NCBI GenBank assembly: GCA_963708025.1
Contig: CAVPSB010000032.1
Location: forward strand, 300,105-364,104
Reading direction: 5' to 3'
DNA from: an uncultured Candidatus Rokubacteria bacterium
GTDB lineage: Bacteria; Methylomirabilota; Methylomirabilia; Rokubacteriales; DASRDR01
Length of the DNA stretch: 64,000 nucleotides
Part shown: positions 1 through 9,491 of the stretch, one piece after another
Layout of the letters: each line of letters starts with the position of its first letter
Position numbering within the stretch: position 1 is the stretch's first letter
Program-made: the position numbers and the translations under genes
Notes under the pieces: generated by a model
Databases searched by the model: none
Seen by the model: the letters and a program-made list of their open reading frames with translations, nothing else
Told to the model about the DNA's origin: nothing

Positions 1-626
1 ATCCGGTTCTCGGAGGCGAGCGACGCGACGAGGAACGCCGCGAACGCGAGCTGGCCGAGCACGGGGTAGGTGACGAACCACCACGGATCCTGGGCGGCGA
101 CCAGGTCGCTGAGCCGCAGCGACCCCGCCAGCACGACGGGCACCAGCGCGATCAGGATGAACGGCACCTCGTACGCGATGATCTGGTTCACGGCCCGCAT
201 GGCGGAGAGGAGCGCGTACTTGTTGTTGGACCCCCAGCCGCACATGAACAGCCCGACGACCTCGAGGGAGGACACCGCCAGGACGAACAGGAGCCCGATC
301 TGGAGGTCGGCCAGCGCCAGCCGCGGCGCGAACGGGATCGCGGCGTACATCAGGAAGGCAGGGATCAGGAAGACGATCGGCGCCAGGTTGTAAACCGGCC
401 GGTCGGCGACGGTCGGGACGATGTCTTCCTTCAAGAGGAGCTTGAGCGCGTCGGCGATCGGCTGGAGCCAGCCGTGCGGCCGCCCGACCCGGTAGGGTCC
501 CACCCGCGACTGGAGCCGGGCCGCGAACTTCCGCTCGAGCAGCGTCAGGTACGCGATGAACACGAGCACGCCGTTCAGCAAAATGAACGGCGGAAGCACG
601 ATCCCCACCACGTCGGCCACGCTCAT
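1..626 (-). CDS. nuoH: NADH-quinone oxidoreductase subunit H (3' part runs off the window)
   Basis: Manual translation from ATG at 626: MSVADVVGIVLPPFILLNGVLVFIAYLTLLERKFAARLQSRVGPYRVGRPHGWLQPIADALKLLLKEDIVP; NuoH ERK..R.GP and LQP.AD..K motifs; later SNNKYALLSAMR. Confidence 0.95.
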   Translation of the reverse strand, partial: MSVADVVGIVLPPFILLNGVLVFIAYLTLLERKFAARLQSRVGPYRVGRPHGWLQPIADALKLLLKEDIVPTVADRPVYNLAPIVFLIPAFLMYAAIPFAPRLALADLQIGLLFVLAVSSLEVVGLFMCGWGSNNKYALLSAMRAVNQIIAYEVPFILIALVPVVLAGSLRLSDLVAAQDPWWFVTYPVLGQLAFAAFLVASLASENR

Positions 627-701
627 CCCGCGACCCCTGAGCCGGGCCGAGAACCGAGCCCGCTCATCCCGCGACCCCCGAGCCGGGCCGAGAACGGAGC
701 A
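620..701. repeat. Tandem duplication of a 41-bp unit spanning the nuoH start codon
   Basis: cgctcatcccgcgacccc(t/c)gagccgggccgagaac at 620-660 and 661-701. Confidence 0.85.
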
Positions 702-894
702 GCGCCCAAGGGAAGGCGTCCGACGGACGCAGGGAGTCGCCGACCGCAGGCGTACTCCGAGTACGCCGAGGATCGGCGACGACCGAGGACGACCATAGGC
801 CGGGACGGACGCCCCAGGCCGAAGGCCGTCCGATCGACGCAGGCCGAGCGCGTCACGGCCGAGATAGAGATCGCGAAGGTTCTCGGCCCGGCTC
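680..894. repeat. Palindromic intergenic element, family A copy 1 (REP/REPIN/MITE-like)
   Basis: 16-bp terminal inverted repeat GAGCCGGGCCGAGAAC (680-695) / GTTCTCGGCCCGGCTC (879-894); core near-identical to the reverse complement of 28378-28558. Confidence 0.8.
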
Positions 895-904
895 GGCCCG
901 GCTC

Positions 905-2062
905 TCACCGGTCGACCTCGCCGAAGACTGGATCGATCGACCCCAGGATCGCGACGGCATCGGCGATCTTGTGGCCGGGAAGGATGTGGCCGGCGACCGC
1001 CAGGTTCGAGAAGGACGCGCCCCGCCACTTCATCCGGTAGGGCTTCGTCGCGCCGTCCGACACCAGGTAGATCCCGACCTCGCCCCGCGGCCCCTCCACC
1101 CGGGCATAGGCCTCGCCCTTCGGCAGCTTCACCTGCGCCACCGACTTGACGCCGGGGCGCGAGGAGATAGGGCCGGCGGGCAGGCCGTCCAGCCCCTGCC
1201 GGACGATCCGGATCGACTCCCGGAACTCGCGCATCCGCACCCGGTAGCGGGCGAAGCAGTCGCCCTCGACCTCCACCGGGACGTCGAACTGGAAGTCCTC
1301 GTAGGAGGAGTACGGCTCGGCCCGGCGGATGTCGTGGGAGATCCCCGAGCCGCGGAGGAGCGGTCCCGAGATGCCGAGCTCCTGGGCCAGCTCCCGCGTG
1401 ATGACGCCGACCCCCTGGCTGCGGACCAGGAAGATGGTGTTCCCCTCCAGCATGGCCTCGTACTCGACGAGTCGCTCCTCGATGTGGGCGAGCGTCCGCC
1501 GGCACTGCTCGGCCCATCCCTCCGGCAGGTCGTACCGCGTCCCGCCCACCTGGTGGAACCCGTAGAGGAGCCGGGCTCCGGTGAGCGCCTCGAAGAGGTC
1601 GAGGATCATCTCCCGCTCGCGGAAGCAGTAGAGGAACATGGTCGCCCCGCCCCCGAGGGCGCCGCCCATGTCCATGCACCACGTCCCCAGCCACAGGCAG
1701 TGGGAGGCGATCCGCTGCAGCTCGGCCACCAGGACCCGGAGATGCTGCGCGCGCTTCGGCACCTCGATCTGGCCGAGCTGCTCGGCGGCCCGGACGTAGG
1801 TCAGCTCGGCGGTCATCGCGGCGACGTAGTCGGTCTTCGAGGCGATCGAGGGGTACTGGACGTAGGTCAGCGTCTCGCCCAGCTTCTCGTGGCAGCGATG
1901 GAGGTAGCCGATCACCGGGTCCACCGCCACGATCGTCTCGCCCTCCAGCGTGAGGATCATCCGGAAGACGCCGTGGGCGGACGGGTGCTGCGGCCCCATG
2001 TTCATCACGAGGCGCTCGTTGCCGCCGTAGCCGTACTCGATGACCGTTCGCCCCTCGGCCAT
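905..2062 (-). CDS. nuoD: NADH-quinone oxidoreductase subunit D
   Basis: NMGPQHPSAHGVFR, GYLHRCHEK, C-terminal GSIDPVFGEVDR. Confidence 0.97.
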   Translation of the reverse strand: MAEGRTVIEYGYGGNERLVMNMGPQHPSAHGVFRMILTLEGETIVAVDPVIGYLHRCHEKLGETLTYVQYPSIASKTDYVAAMTAELTYVRAAEQLGQIEVPKRAQHLRVLVAELQRIASHCLWLGTWCMDMGGALGGGATMFLYCFREREMILDLFEALTGARLLYGFHQVGGTRYDLPEGWAEQCRRTLAHIEERLVEYEAMLEGNTIFLVRSQGVGVITRELAQELGISGPLLRGSGISHDIRRAEPYSSYEDFQFDVPVEVEGDCFARYRVRMREFRESIRIVRQGLDGLPAGPISSRPGVKSVAQVKLPKGEAYARVEGPRGEVGIYLVSDGATKPYRMKWRGASFSNLAVAGHILPGHKIADAVAILGSIDPVFGEVDR

Positions 2063-2069
2063 GGGTTAA

Positions 2070-2179
2070 TCGGGCCGGGGGGGAGCTGCGCGCTCCATCC
2101 GGATCGCCGCGGCGCCACGGGCCTGCGGCCCTCGGGACGCCGCGTCCCTCTGGTGGCCCGGACCCCCCCTCCGGGTTTC
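2070..2179. repeat. Palindromic intergenic element, family B copy 1
   Basis: About 110 bp, nearly identical to 2889-2999 in the same orientation. Confidence 0.9.
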
Positions 2180-2227
2180 CCACCGTTCAGACGTCCTCGG
2201 AGATTCCTTCACCGCTTTCATCACTTC

Positions 2228-2866
2228 TCAGTGGAGTGGGGAGAAGAAGGTCGGGATCAGGAGCTTCGACTCCTGCGCCTGCATCAGGGGATGGAACTTC
2301 GCCCGCACCTCCTGCCAGGCGGCGTCGCTGGCCAGCCCCTTCCAGACCTCCGCCCGGTGCTGCCAGTCGCGATAGGGCCAGAAGTGGACCACCGTGTTGA
2401 GCGGGCCCACCTCGGTCTGCCAGAAGCCGACCGGCGACGAGTGCTTCTCGCGGATCGGCAGGGCCGCCTGGACCGCGCGGGCCCACTCCGCCATCGTACC
2501 GGGCCGGAGCCGGTAGATCCGGAGCTCGTACACGCCCATGCCCGTCGCCGGCCGGACGGGGTACCAGTCGAACGGCGTGAGCAGCATGTTCTCCTGGCGG
2601 GTGAGCAACGGCGCGCTGCGGGGGACGTACTCGGTCATCCAGCGCTGGTCCTTCGCCAGCCCTGCCCGCGCCTCGGCCCGGGCGGCGACGTCGGCGAACT
2701 CCCAGAGGTGGAGCGCCTGGTTCAGCGGGCCGTGCTCGGTGGTCCAGTAGCCGAGGAGCTTGCCGAAGCGGTCGCCCCGGATCGGCCGGCTGACGTTCCC
2801 GGCCAGCTCCACGAACTCGGCGAGCTTGCCCGGCTGGACCTCGTAGGTGCGCAGTTCGTGGATCAT
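2228..2866 (-). CDS. NIPSNAP family protein (two NIPSNAP domains)
   Basis: Repeated (I/V)(H/Y)ELRxY..PG and GxW.TExGPLN...HxW motifs. Confidence 0.9.
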   Translation of the reverse strand: MIHELRTYEVQPGKLAEFVELAGNVSRPIRGDRFGKLLGYWTTEHGPLNQALHLWEFADVAARAEARAGLAKDQRWMTEYVPRSAPLLTRQENMLLTPFDWYPVRPATGMGVYELRIYRLRPGTMAEWARAVQAALPIREKHSSPVGFWQTEVGPLNTVVHFWPYRDWQHRAEVWKGLASDAAWQEVRAKFHPLMQAQESKLLIPTFFSPLH

Positions 2867-2888
2867 CCTGTCCTCCGGACTCGGTTAT

Positions 2889-2999
2889 TCGGGCCGGGGG
2901 GGAGCTACGCGCTCCATCCGGATCGCCGCAGCGCCTCGGGCCTGCGGCCCTCGGGACGCCGCGTCCCTCCGGTGGCCCCGGACCCCCCCTCCGAGTTTC
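2889..2999. repeat. Palindromic intergenic element, family B copy 2
   Basis: Direct repeat of 2070-2179. Confidence 0.9.
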
Positions 3000-3038
3000 T
3001 CGTCGCTCAAATGTCTCGGGCGATGATCTCATCGCCTC

Positions 3039-3509
3039 TCATCGGTACGGCGGATGGGCCGTGTTGACGGCATAGTCCTTGCGGAGCGGGTGACCCTCCC
3101 AGTCCTCGGGGAGGAGGATGCGCCGCAGATCCGGGTGCCCGTCGAACCGGATCCCGAACAGGTCGTAGCACTCGCGCTCCATCCACAGGGCGCCCCGAAA
3201 GAGCCCGGTCAAGCTCGGGCACGACGCCTCCCGGCCGATGCGCGTCTTGAAGGTCAGGCCCAGCCCGCTCTCGAGATTCTCCAGCCGGCAGACGACGTCG
3301 AACCCGTCCGCCTTCCAGTCCACCGCGGTGAGGTGGCAGAAGTACCGGCAGCCGAGCCTGTCCCGAGCGAACCCCGCCGCCTCGGTCCAGCGCTCGACGG
3401 GGACGGAGACGACGAGGTGCCGGGCGTCGAGCGGCCGCTTCGGGTCCTCTCCCGCCGCCTCGACCCCCAGGTGCTCGCGAATCGCGGCGAGGGCGGCTTC
3501 GAGGGTCAC
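3039..3509 (-). CDS. nuoC: NADH-quinone oxidoreductase subunit C
   Basis: GTG start at 3509; WMERECYDLFGIRFDGHPDLRRILLPEDWEGHPLRKDY signature. Confidence 0.95.
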   Translation of the reverse strand: MTLEAALAAIREHLGVEAAGEDPKRPLDARHLVVSVPVERWTEAAGFARDRLGCRYFCHLTAVDWKADGFDVVCRLENLESGLGLTFKTRIGREASCPSLTGLFRGALWMERECYDLFGIRFDGHPDLRRILLPEDWEGHPLRKDYAVNTAHPPYR

Positions 3510-3517
3510 CGAGCCTG

Positions 3518-4159
3518 TCAATCGGGGGTCGGCGCGGCTGCGGGCCGCCGGCCCGTCTTCTGGAACTCCGCCACCTTCTCCTGGAGCTTCAGGATGCCGA
3601 ACATCAGCGATTCCGGGGTCGGCGGGCAGCCGGGCACGTAGACGTTGACGGGGACCACCCGGTCCACGCCCTTGACCACGTGGTAGCCGTGGCGGAACGG
3701 GCCGCCGGAATTCGCGCAGGAGCCCATCGAGATGCACCACTTGGGGTCCGCCATCTGCTCGTAGATCCGCTTGAGCATCGGCGCCATCTTGATGGTGACG
3801 GTGCCGGACACGATCATCAGGTCCGCGTGTCGGGGCGAGGCCCACGGCACCATGCCGAAGCGCTCGACGTCGAAGCGGGAGGCGAACGTCGCCATCATCT
3901 CGATCGCGCAGCAGGCGAGTCCGAACGTCACCGGCCACATCGACGACTTCCGGGCCCAGTTGAAGATCTTCTCGGTGGAGGCGACCATGAGCCAGCCGCC
4001 CGGGAAATGCTCCAGCCGGTCGGCCAGGCTCGAGAAAGTCTCCGAGATCTGGTCCCCGTCGACGCGCTCCTGACGGTACTTCACCCACTGCTGGAGGTCC
4101 TTGAACTCCTCCCACTCGACCGGCGGGATGGCGTACGGTGTCGGGGGAGGCGCTTTCAT
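3518..4159 (-). CDS. nuoB: NADH-quinone oxidoreductase subunit B
   Basis: [19 protein letters not shown] and VPGCPP N2-cluster motifs; ATG overlaps the nuoA stop. Confidence 0.96.
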   Translation of the reverse strand: MKAPPPTPYAIPPVEWEEFKDLQQWVKYRQERVDGDQISETFSSLADRLEHFPGGWLMVASTEKIFNWARKSSMWPVTFGLACCAIEMMATFASRFDVERFGMVPWASPRHADLMIVSGTVTIKMAPMLKRIYEQMADPKWCISMGSCANSGGPFRHGYHVVKGVDRVVPVNVYVPGCPPTPESLMFGILKLQEKVAEFQKTGRRPAAAPTPD

Positions 4160-4509
4160 CTCCACGCCAGCACCCCCTCCCGGTACGCGTACAGCCAGCC
4201 GAGCAGCAGGATGCCCAGGAACACCAGCATGGGGGCGAGGGCGGCCCAGCCGAGCGCGCGCAGGACCAGGGCCCACGGGAAGAGGAAGACCGCCAGCGCG
4301 TCGAAGACGATGAAGAGCAGCGCCACCAGGTAGAAGCCCACCGGGAACTGGATCCAGGCCGAGCCGATCGGTTCCGGCCCGCACTCGTAGCTGTCGAGCT
4401 TGACTGGATTCGGCCGAGCCGGCCGGACGATGCGGGCCACGGTCAGGCTCACGACGGAGAACGCGACGATCATGGCGAGGAACACGAGGACCGGCAGGTA
4501 TTCGGTCAC
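4156..4509 (-). CDS. nuoA: NADH-quinone oxidoreductase subunit A (start GTG 4509 preferred; ATG 4521 alternative)
   Basis: KLDSYECG loop, three TM helices, W-terminal EGVLAWR. Confidence 0.93.
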   Translation of the reverse strand: MTEYLPVLVFLAMIVAFSVVSLTVARIVRPARPNPVKLDSYECGPEPIGSAWIQFPVGFYLVALLFIVFDALAVFLFPWALVLRALGWAALAPMLVFLGILLLGWLYAYREGVLAWR

Positions 4510-4519
4510 GGCGGGCCTC

Positions 4520-4528
4520 ATTATACCA
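4520..4528 (-). promoter_or_regulatory. Extended -10 element (TGGTATAAT) of the nuo operon
   Basis: Perfect TG-n-TATAAT in a >70% GC context, 10 nt upstream of GTG 4509. Confidence 0.6.
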
Positions 4529-4688
4529 ATACCCGCCCGCGGCGCGGCTCAGGGATCGGCCCCGTCCCTGGCCTGGCGTCCAGCGCGACGATATAATGCC
4601 CCGCGGGAACCTTTCGCGAGATCGGTCGGTTGACCGTAACGTGAGAGACCCATCGAGGGCCCAAACCTCGCACACAGGAGGCCGATCC

Positions 4689-4982
4689 ATGCGAATCCTC
4701 GTGCTGACCGTCGTGGCGCTGGTGGCGGTAGGGCTGGTGGCCGGGCAGGCGTTCGCGTTCAGCTGCCCGACGCTTCAGAAGGCCGCCGGCGAATCGATCA
4801 CCAAGGCCGAGGCGAACGCCGCCAAGGCGTCGGGCGACCGGGAAAAGGCCCGGGCGACCGCGATGGTGGAGGAAGCCAAGGAGCTGAACAAGCAGTCCGA
4901 CGCGGACCACAAGGCGGGCAACCACGCCAAGTCCGAGGCGAAGGCGAAGGCGGCCAAGGCCCTCGCCGACATGGTTCAGTAG
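4689..4982 (+). CDS. Small exported helical protein of unknown function
   Basis: AGGAGG RBS; signal peptide [23 protein letters not shown]; mature FSCP... Ala/Lys-rich; TATAAT at 4592-4597. Confidence 0.75.
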   Translation: MRILVLTVVALVAVGLVAGQAFAFSCPTLQKAAGESITKAEANAAKASGDREKARATAMVEEAKELNKQSDADHKAGNHAKSEAKAKAAKALADMVQ

Positions 4983-4995
4983 CGCCCCGGCCGGC

Positions 4996-7900
4996 TCACC
5001 GCAGACCGCCCCTGCCCCCGCGGGGGCGGTCGCGGACATACCGCTCGACCAGCCCGCCCACCTCCCGCAAGAGCTCGTCGCGGCCGTAGGCGCCCTTCTC
5101 GATGATCTGCTCCACCACCCCCGTCAGGCGCCTCCGGTCCTCCGGGCTCAGCTCCTTCGCCGTCACCACCACGACGGGGATGCCCCGCCACTCGGGGCGC
5201 GCCCGGAGCGCTTCGATGAACTCGAAGCCGTCCATCTCCGGCATCATGAGGTCGAGCAGGATCAGGTCGGGCGGGCGCTCGGCCACGCGGTCCAGCGCCA
5301 GCCGGCCGTCCGGCGCCTCGGAGACCTGCCAGCCCTCACGCTCCAGGAGCCGCCGTGCGAGGTCGCGGGCGGCCGGGTCGTCGTCCACTACAAGGACCGT
5401 GGGCAGGACCGTGGGCGCGGCCGACCCCGGGCGGTGACCCTGGAGGACGGCCAGCAGTCGGTCCCGGTCGACGGGCTTCGTCAGGTAGTCGGTCGCGCCG
5501 AGCGCGTAGCCGTGCGCCCGGTCGTCGACGATCGTCAGCATCACGACGGGGATCTCCGCCAGCTGGGGATCCGCCTTCAGCGCGCCGAGCACCATCCAGC
5601 CGTCGAGCCCCGGCATCATGACGTCGAGGGTGATCGCCGCCGGCCGCTCCTGGCGCGCGAGCCGGAGGCCCTCCTCCCCGCTCGCCGCCACCACGACCCG
5701 CAGGCCCTCCCTGGCCAGGAAGCGCCGCAGCAGGTCGTGCACGGTCGGGTCGTCGTCGATGACCAGCACGGTGCTCGCCGGCCTCCCCGGCGGCCGGCGA
5801 CGCCGCGGCCGCCGCCGCGGGCTTGCCGGGGCCTCGGCCGGGCGCGGGCGGCCGGCTCGGCCTCGGCGGCGGGGACCTCGGCCGGGAGCCGGATCGTGAA
5901 CGTCGAGCCCCGGCCGGGCTCGCTCACCACGCTCACGTCGCCGCCCATCATCTGGCAGAAGCGCCGGCTGAGCGCGAGCCCGAGCCCGGTCCCGCCGTAC
6001 CGGCGCGCGGTGGACGCCTCCGCCTGGGAGAACGGCTGGAAGAGCTTCCCCATCTGCTCCGGCGTCATCCCGATCCCGGTGTCGCTCACGTCGAAGACGA
6101 CCCACGCCCGGCCGCCGGACTCCTCCCGCACCACCCGGAGCCCGATGACCCCGCGCTCCGTGAACTTGCTCGCGTTGCTGATCAGGTTGAACAGGGCTTG
6201 CCGGACCTTGGTGAGATCCGCCCGCATGCCGCCCACCGACGCCGGGCAGTCGACCTCCAGCCGGTTCGCCTTCTTCGCGACGAGCGGCCGCGCGATGTTG
6301 ACGACGTCGCCGACCAGGTGAGCCAGGTCGAAGCTCTCGAGGTAGAGCTCCATCCGCCCGGCCTCGATCTTGGACAGGTCGAGCACGTCGTTGATCAGCG
6401 CCAGCAGGTGCTTGCCGGCGCCGTTCATCTTCTGGAGGTCGGCCACGAAGTCGCCGCGGCCGATCTCCTCCGCCTCCTCCTGGAGCATCTCGCTGTAGCC
6501 GATGATGGCGTTGAGCGGCGTCCGCAGCTCGTGGCTCATGTTGGCGAGGAACGCGCTCTTCGCCCGGTTCGCCGACTCGGCCGCCTCCTTGGCCCGCCGC
6601 AGCTCCTCGGCCGCCCGCTTCCGCTCGGTGATGTCGCGGACGATGTTCTGGATCGCCGGCTGCCCCAGAAAGGTCACCGGGACGGCGGCGATCTCGACGT
6701 CCACGACCCGGCCGTCGAGCCGGACGAGCCGCTGCTCGACCAAGTCGGTCCGCTGCCCGGCTTCGGCCAGCGAGAGCCGGGCCTCGATCGCCGCGCGCTC
6801 CTCCGGGTGGACGAAGTCGAGGATCGAGCGGCCGGTCAGCTCGGCCGGGTCCGCCGCCCCGAACAGCCGGGCTCCGGCCGAGTTGACGAACATCAGCCGA
6901 CCCTCGCGGTGGACCGCGATCGTGTCGGGTGACAGCTCCACCAGGCGGCGGTACCGCTCGTCGCTCTCCCGCTGCTCGCGGCGCGCGCGGTCGAGCGCGG
7001 CCAGCATGCCGTTGATGTCGCCGGCCAGCCGCGCCAGCTCGTCCGACCCGCTCAGGGCGAGGCGATCGGACAGGTCCCCCGTGGCGGCGATCCGCCCGAC
7101 TTCCGTCCCGAGGGCGGCCAGGCGGGCCAGGACCAGCCGCTCCACCAGGCCGAGGGCGACCGCCCCGAACACCAGCCCCACCAGGGCGAGGGCGATCAAG
7201 AGGTAGCGCAGCCCGGCCCGCCCCCGCTCGTAGGTCATGCGGGGCGTCGTCAGCCGCAGGAGGAGCGCCGGACGGCCGTCCAGGTCGGCGAGGAGGAGGT
7301 AGCCGGCGATCGTCTCCTCGCTCAGGACCCGGACCCGGATGTCCCGGCCCGGCGACATGGCGGCGGCGGCGTCCCGGACGTCCGCCGGGGCGGCCGGGTC
7401 AGCGGGCCGGTACCCGGTGAGCGCCAGCCGCGTGCGCCTCCCGATCGCCTCGATGCCGGAGTCGTCGAGCCAACGGCCGGTGATCAGCGTGCCTCGGCTC
7501 GGCCCCGACTTGTCGGTCCGGAGGATCGGGCGCGACGCGACGAGCAGGAACCCGTCCGGGAGCGACAGGATCCCGGTCGCGCCGACCCCGTGGTCCGGCG
7601 GGCCGAGGAGGGGGCGCCCGGGCTCCAGGTGGGGGAGCACGCCGGAAGGCGGCGGCGTCGGCCGGCCGGCCGCCAGGTCGAAGCCCTCGGCGAAGACGAT
7701 CCGGCCGGAGGCGTGCACGTACGCGATGAGGTTGAGCCCGAGTGACCTGATGCTGGTGTCCTGCAGGTTCGCCTTCACGTAGTCCGGGCTGCCCGTCTCC
7801 ATGAAGGCGTAGGTGTCGTCCCACTCGGCCCAGTCGCGGACGGTGTAGGCCAGCTTGTTCAGCTCGTCCGCAAACGCCTCGCCGACCCGCTTGACGTGCT

Positions 7901-8030
7901 CCTGGGTGCGCTGCTCCGCCAGCTCGGCGATGCCCCTCAGGACGACGCGGGAGGTCACCGCGTAGACGACCACCATCAGGGCGACGAGGGTCAACCCGAC
8001 GACGAGGAGGGTCTTCTTCCGGAGGCTCAT
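4996..8030 (-). CDS. Hybrid sensor histidine kinase (CHASE4-HAMP-PAS-HisKA-HATPase-REC-REC), frameshifted in the linker near 5780-5850
   Basis: DWAEWDDTY (CHASE4), [13 protein letters not shown] and GGTGLGL in 5616..8030; two receiver domains (VLVIDDD, LDVMMP; VLVVDDD, LDLMMP) in another frame, 4996..~5775. Confidence 0.88.
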
Positions 8031-8331
8031 GGAGTGCCCGCCCGACGGCTCCCGCGGGCGGCATTATCGCATGCACCGCGGGCGGATCGGGAGCGACACG
8101 GCGAACGGCCGCCGCTGCGACCGGCCAGCGGGCTTGACACCCCGTCGTCGCCGATGCTCTATTGCTCGTACGCTCCCGAGCCCTGTTGAATGGACCTCCC
8201 GATGTGCGACGTCGTCCGTATCGAGGACCGGGCGCTATCCGCCCGCCGGTGGCGCCCGATGATGTCGGGCCCGATCGAGCACGCCCTTCCGGAGATCCTC
8301 GCCGGCCACGAGACGATGGTCCCGACGCCGG

Positions 8332-9486
8332 GTGCCGGCACCGAGAACCTGGTCCGGATGTCTCGGTAGACCGCCATCTGCGGGGGCGTCGACGGCGACC
8401 GTTCGGCTCGAGCACGCCTGGAAGCGGTACGGCGCCGTCGAGGCGGTGACGGACCTGACCCTGGCCTGCAAGGACGGTGAGTTCGTCGCCCTGCTCGGGC
8501 CCTCGGGCTGTGGAAAGACGTTGACGCTCCGGATGGTGGCCGGGCTGGAGACCGTCTCCGAAGGAGACGTCTTCATCGGCGATCGGCGCGTGAACGAGCT
8601 GCCGCCTCGCGATCGCGACATCGCCATGGTCTTCGAGGACTATGCGCTCTACCCCCACATGCGCGTGTACGACAACATCGCCTTCCCCCTCCAGATCCGC
8701 GGACTGTCCCGCGCCATCATCGAGGACCGGGTCTCCCGCGCCATGGCGATGCTCGGGCTCCAGACCCTGCGGAACGAGAGCGTGCAGCGCCTGAGCGGCG
8801 GCGCCCAGCAGCGGGTCTCGATCGGCCGCGCGATCGTGCGTGATCCCCGGGTGCTGTTGATGGACGAGCCCATCTCCCACCTCGACAGCGCCCACAAGAT
8901 CCAGCTCCGGGGGGAGCTCAAGCGATTGCAGCGGTCGCTCGGCGTGACGACGCTCTACGTCACCCACGACCAGGTGGAAGCGATGGCCCTCGCCGACCGG
9001 GTCGCCGTGATGAACCTCGGCCGTCTCCAGCAACTCGGGCCACCGCGTCAGCTCTACGAGCATCCAGCCAACCTCTTCGTCGCCGGCTTCATCGGCGAGC
9101 CGCCGATGAACCTCGTCCCCGTCGAGCTGGCGGAGGACGGGCAGCGCCTGCGGGGGGCCGACCTGGACCTCGCGCTGCCGGCGCGATTCCACGGCGTCCT
9201 CCAGAGGACCACCTCGCCACGCCTGGTCCTCGGCATCCGGCCGGCCGACCTCACGGTCGAGCTCTCGCCTACGGCGGGCGGCCGACGGGGCGGCGTGTAC
9301 TCCGTGCAGCCGCGGGGGGACTCGGTGGTCGTCGCGGTGCGGACGACGATCGGGCTCTTGCTCGCCGAGACGCCGGCGGGGGCGGGCCTCGCCGTCGGCG
9401 ACCTGGTCGGGCTCGGCTTCGCTCCCGACCGCATCCATCTCTTCGACGCCGAGAGCGGCGGCAACGTCCTCGGAGCGGCGGTCTAG
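8332..9486 (+). CDS. MalK-type ABC transporter ATP-binding protein (true start probably near 8392)
   Basis: GPSGCGKT, LSGG, LMDEP, YVTHDQ; TOBE C-terminus. Confidence 0.92.
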   Translation: MPAPRTWSGCLGRPPSAGASTATVRLEHAWKRYGAVEAVTDLTLACKDGEFVALLGPSGCGKTLTLRMVAGLETVSEGDVFIGDRRVNELPPRDRDIAMVFEDYALYPHMRVYDNIAFPLQIRGLSRAIIEDRVSRAMAMLGLQTLRNESVQRLSGGAQQRVSIGRAIVRDPRVLLMDEPISHLDSAHKIQLRGELKRLQRSLGVTTLYVTHDQVEAMALADRVAVMNLGRLQQLGPPRQLYEHPANLFVAGFIGEPPMNLVPVELAEDGQRLRGADLDLALPARFHGVLQRTTSPRLVLGIRPADLTVELSPTAGGRRGGVYSVQPRGDSVVVAVRTTIGLLLAETPAGAGLAVGDLVGLGFAPDRIHLFDAESGGNVLGAAV

Positions 9487-9491
9487 AGTCC

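Noticed and set aside
620-2999. Repeats as a CRISPR array
   Set aside because: Only pairs of 41-215 bp units, no regular repeat-spacer periodicity and no cas genes
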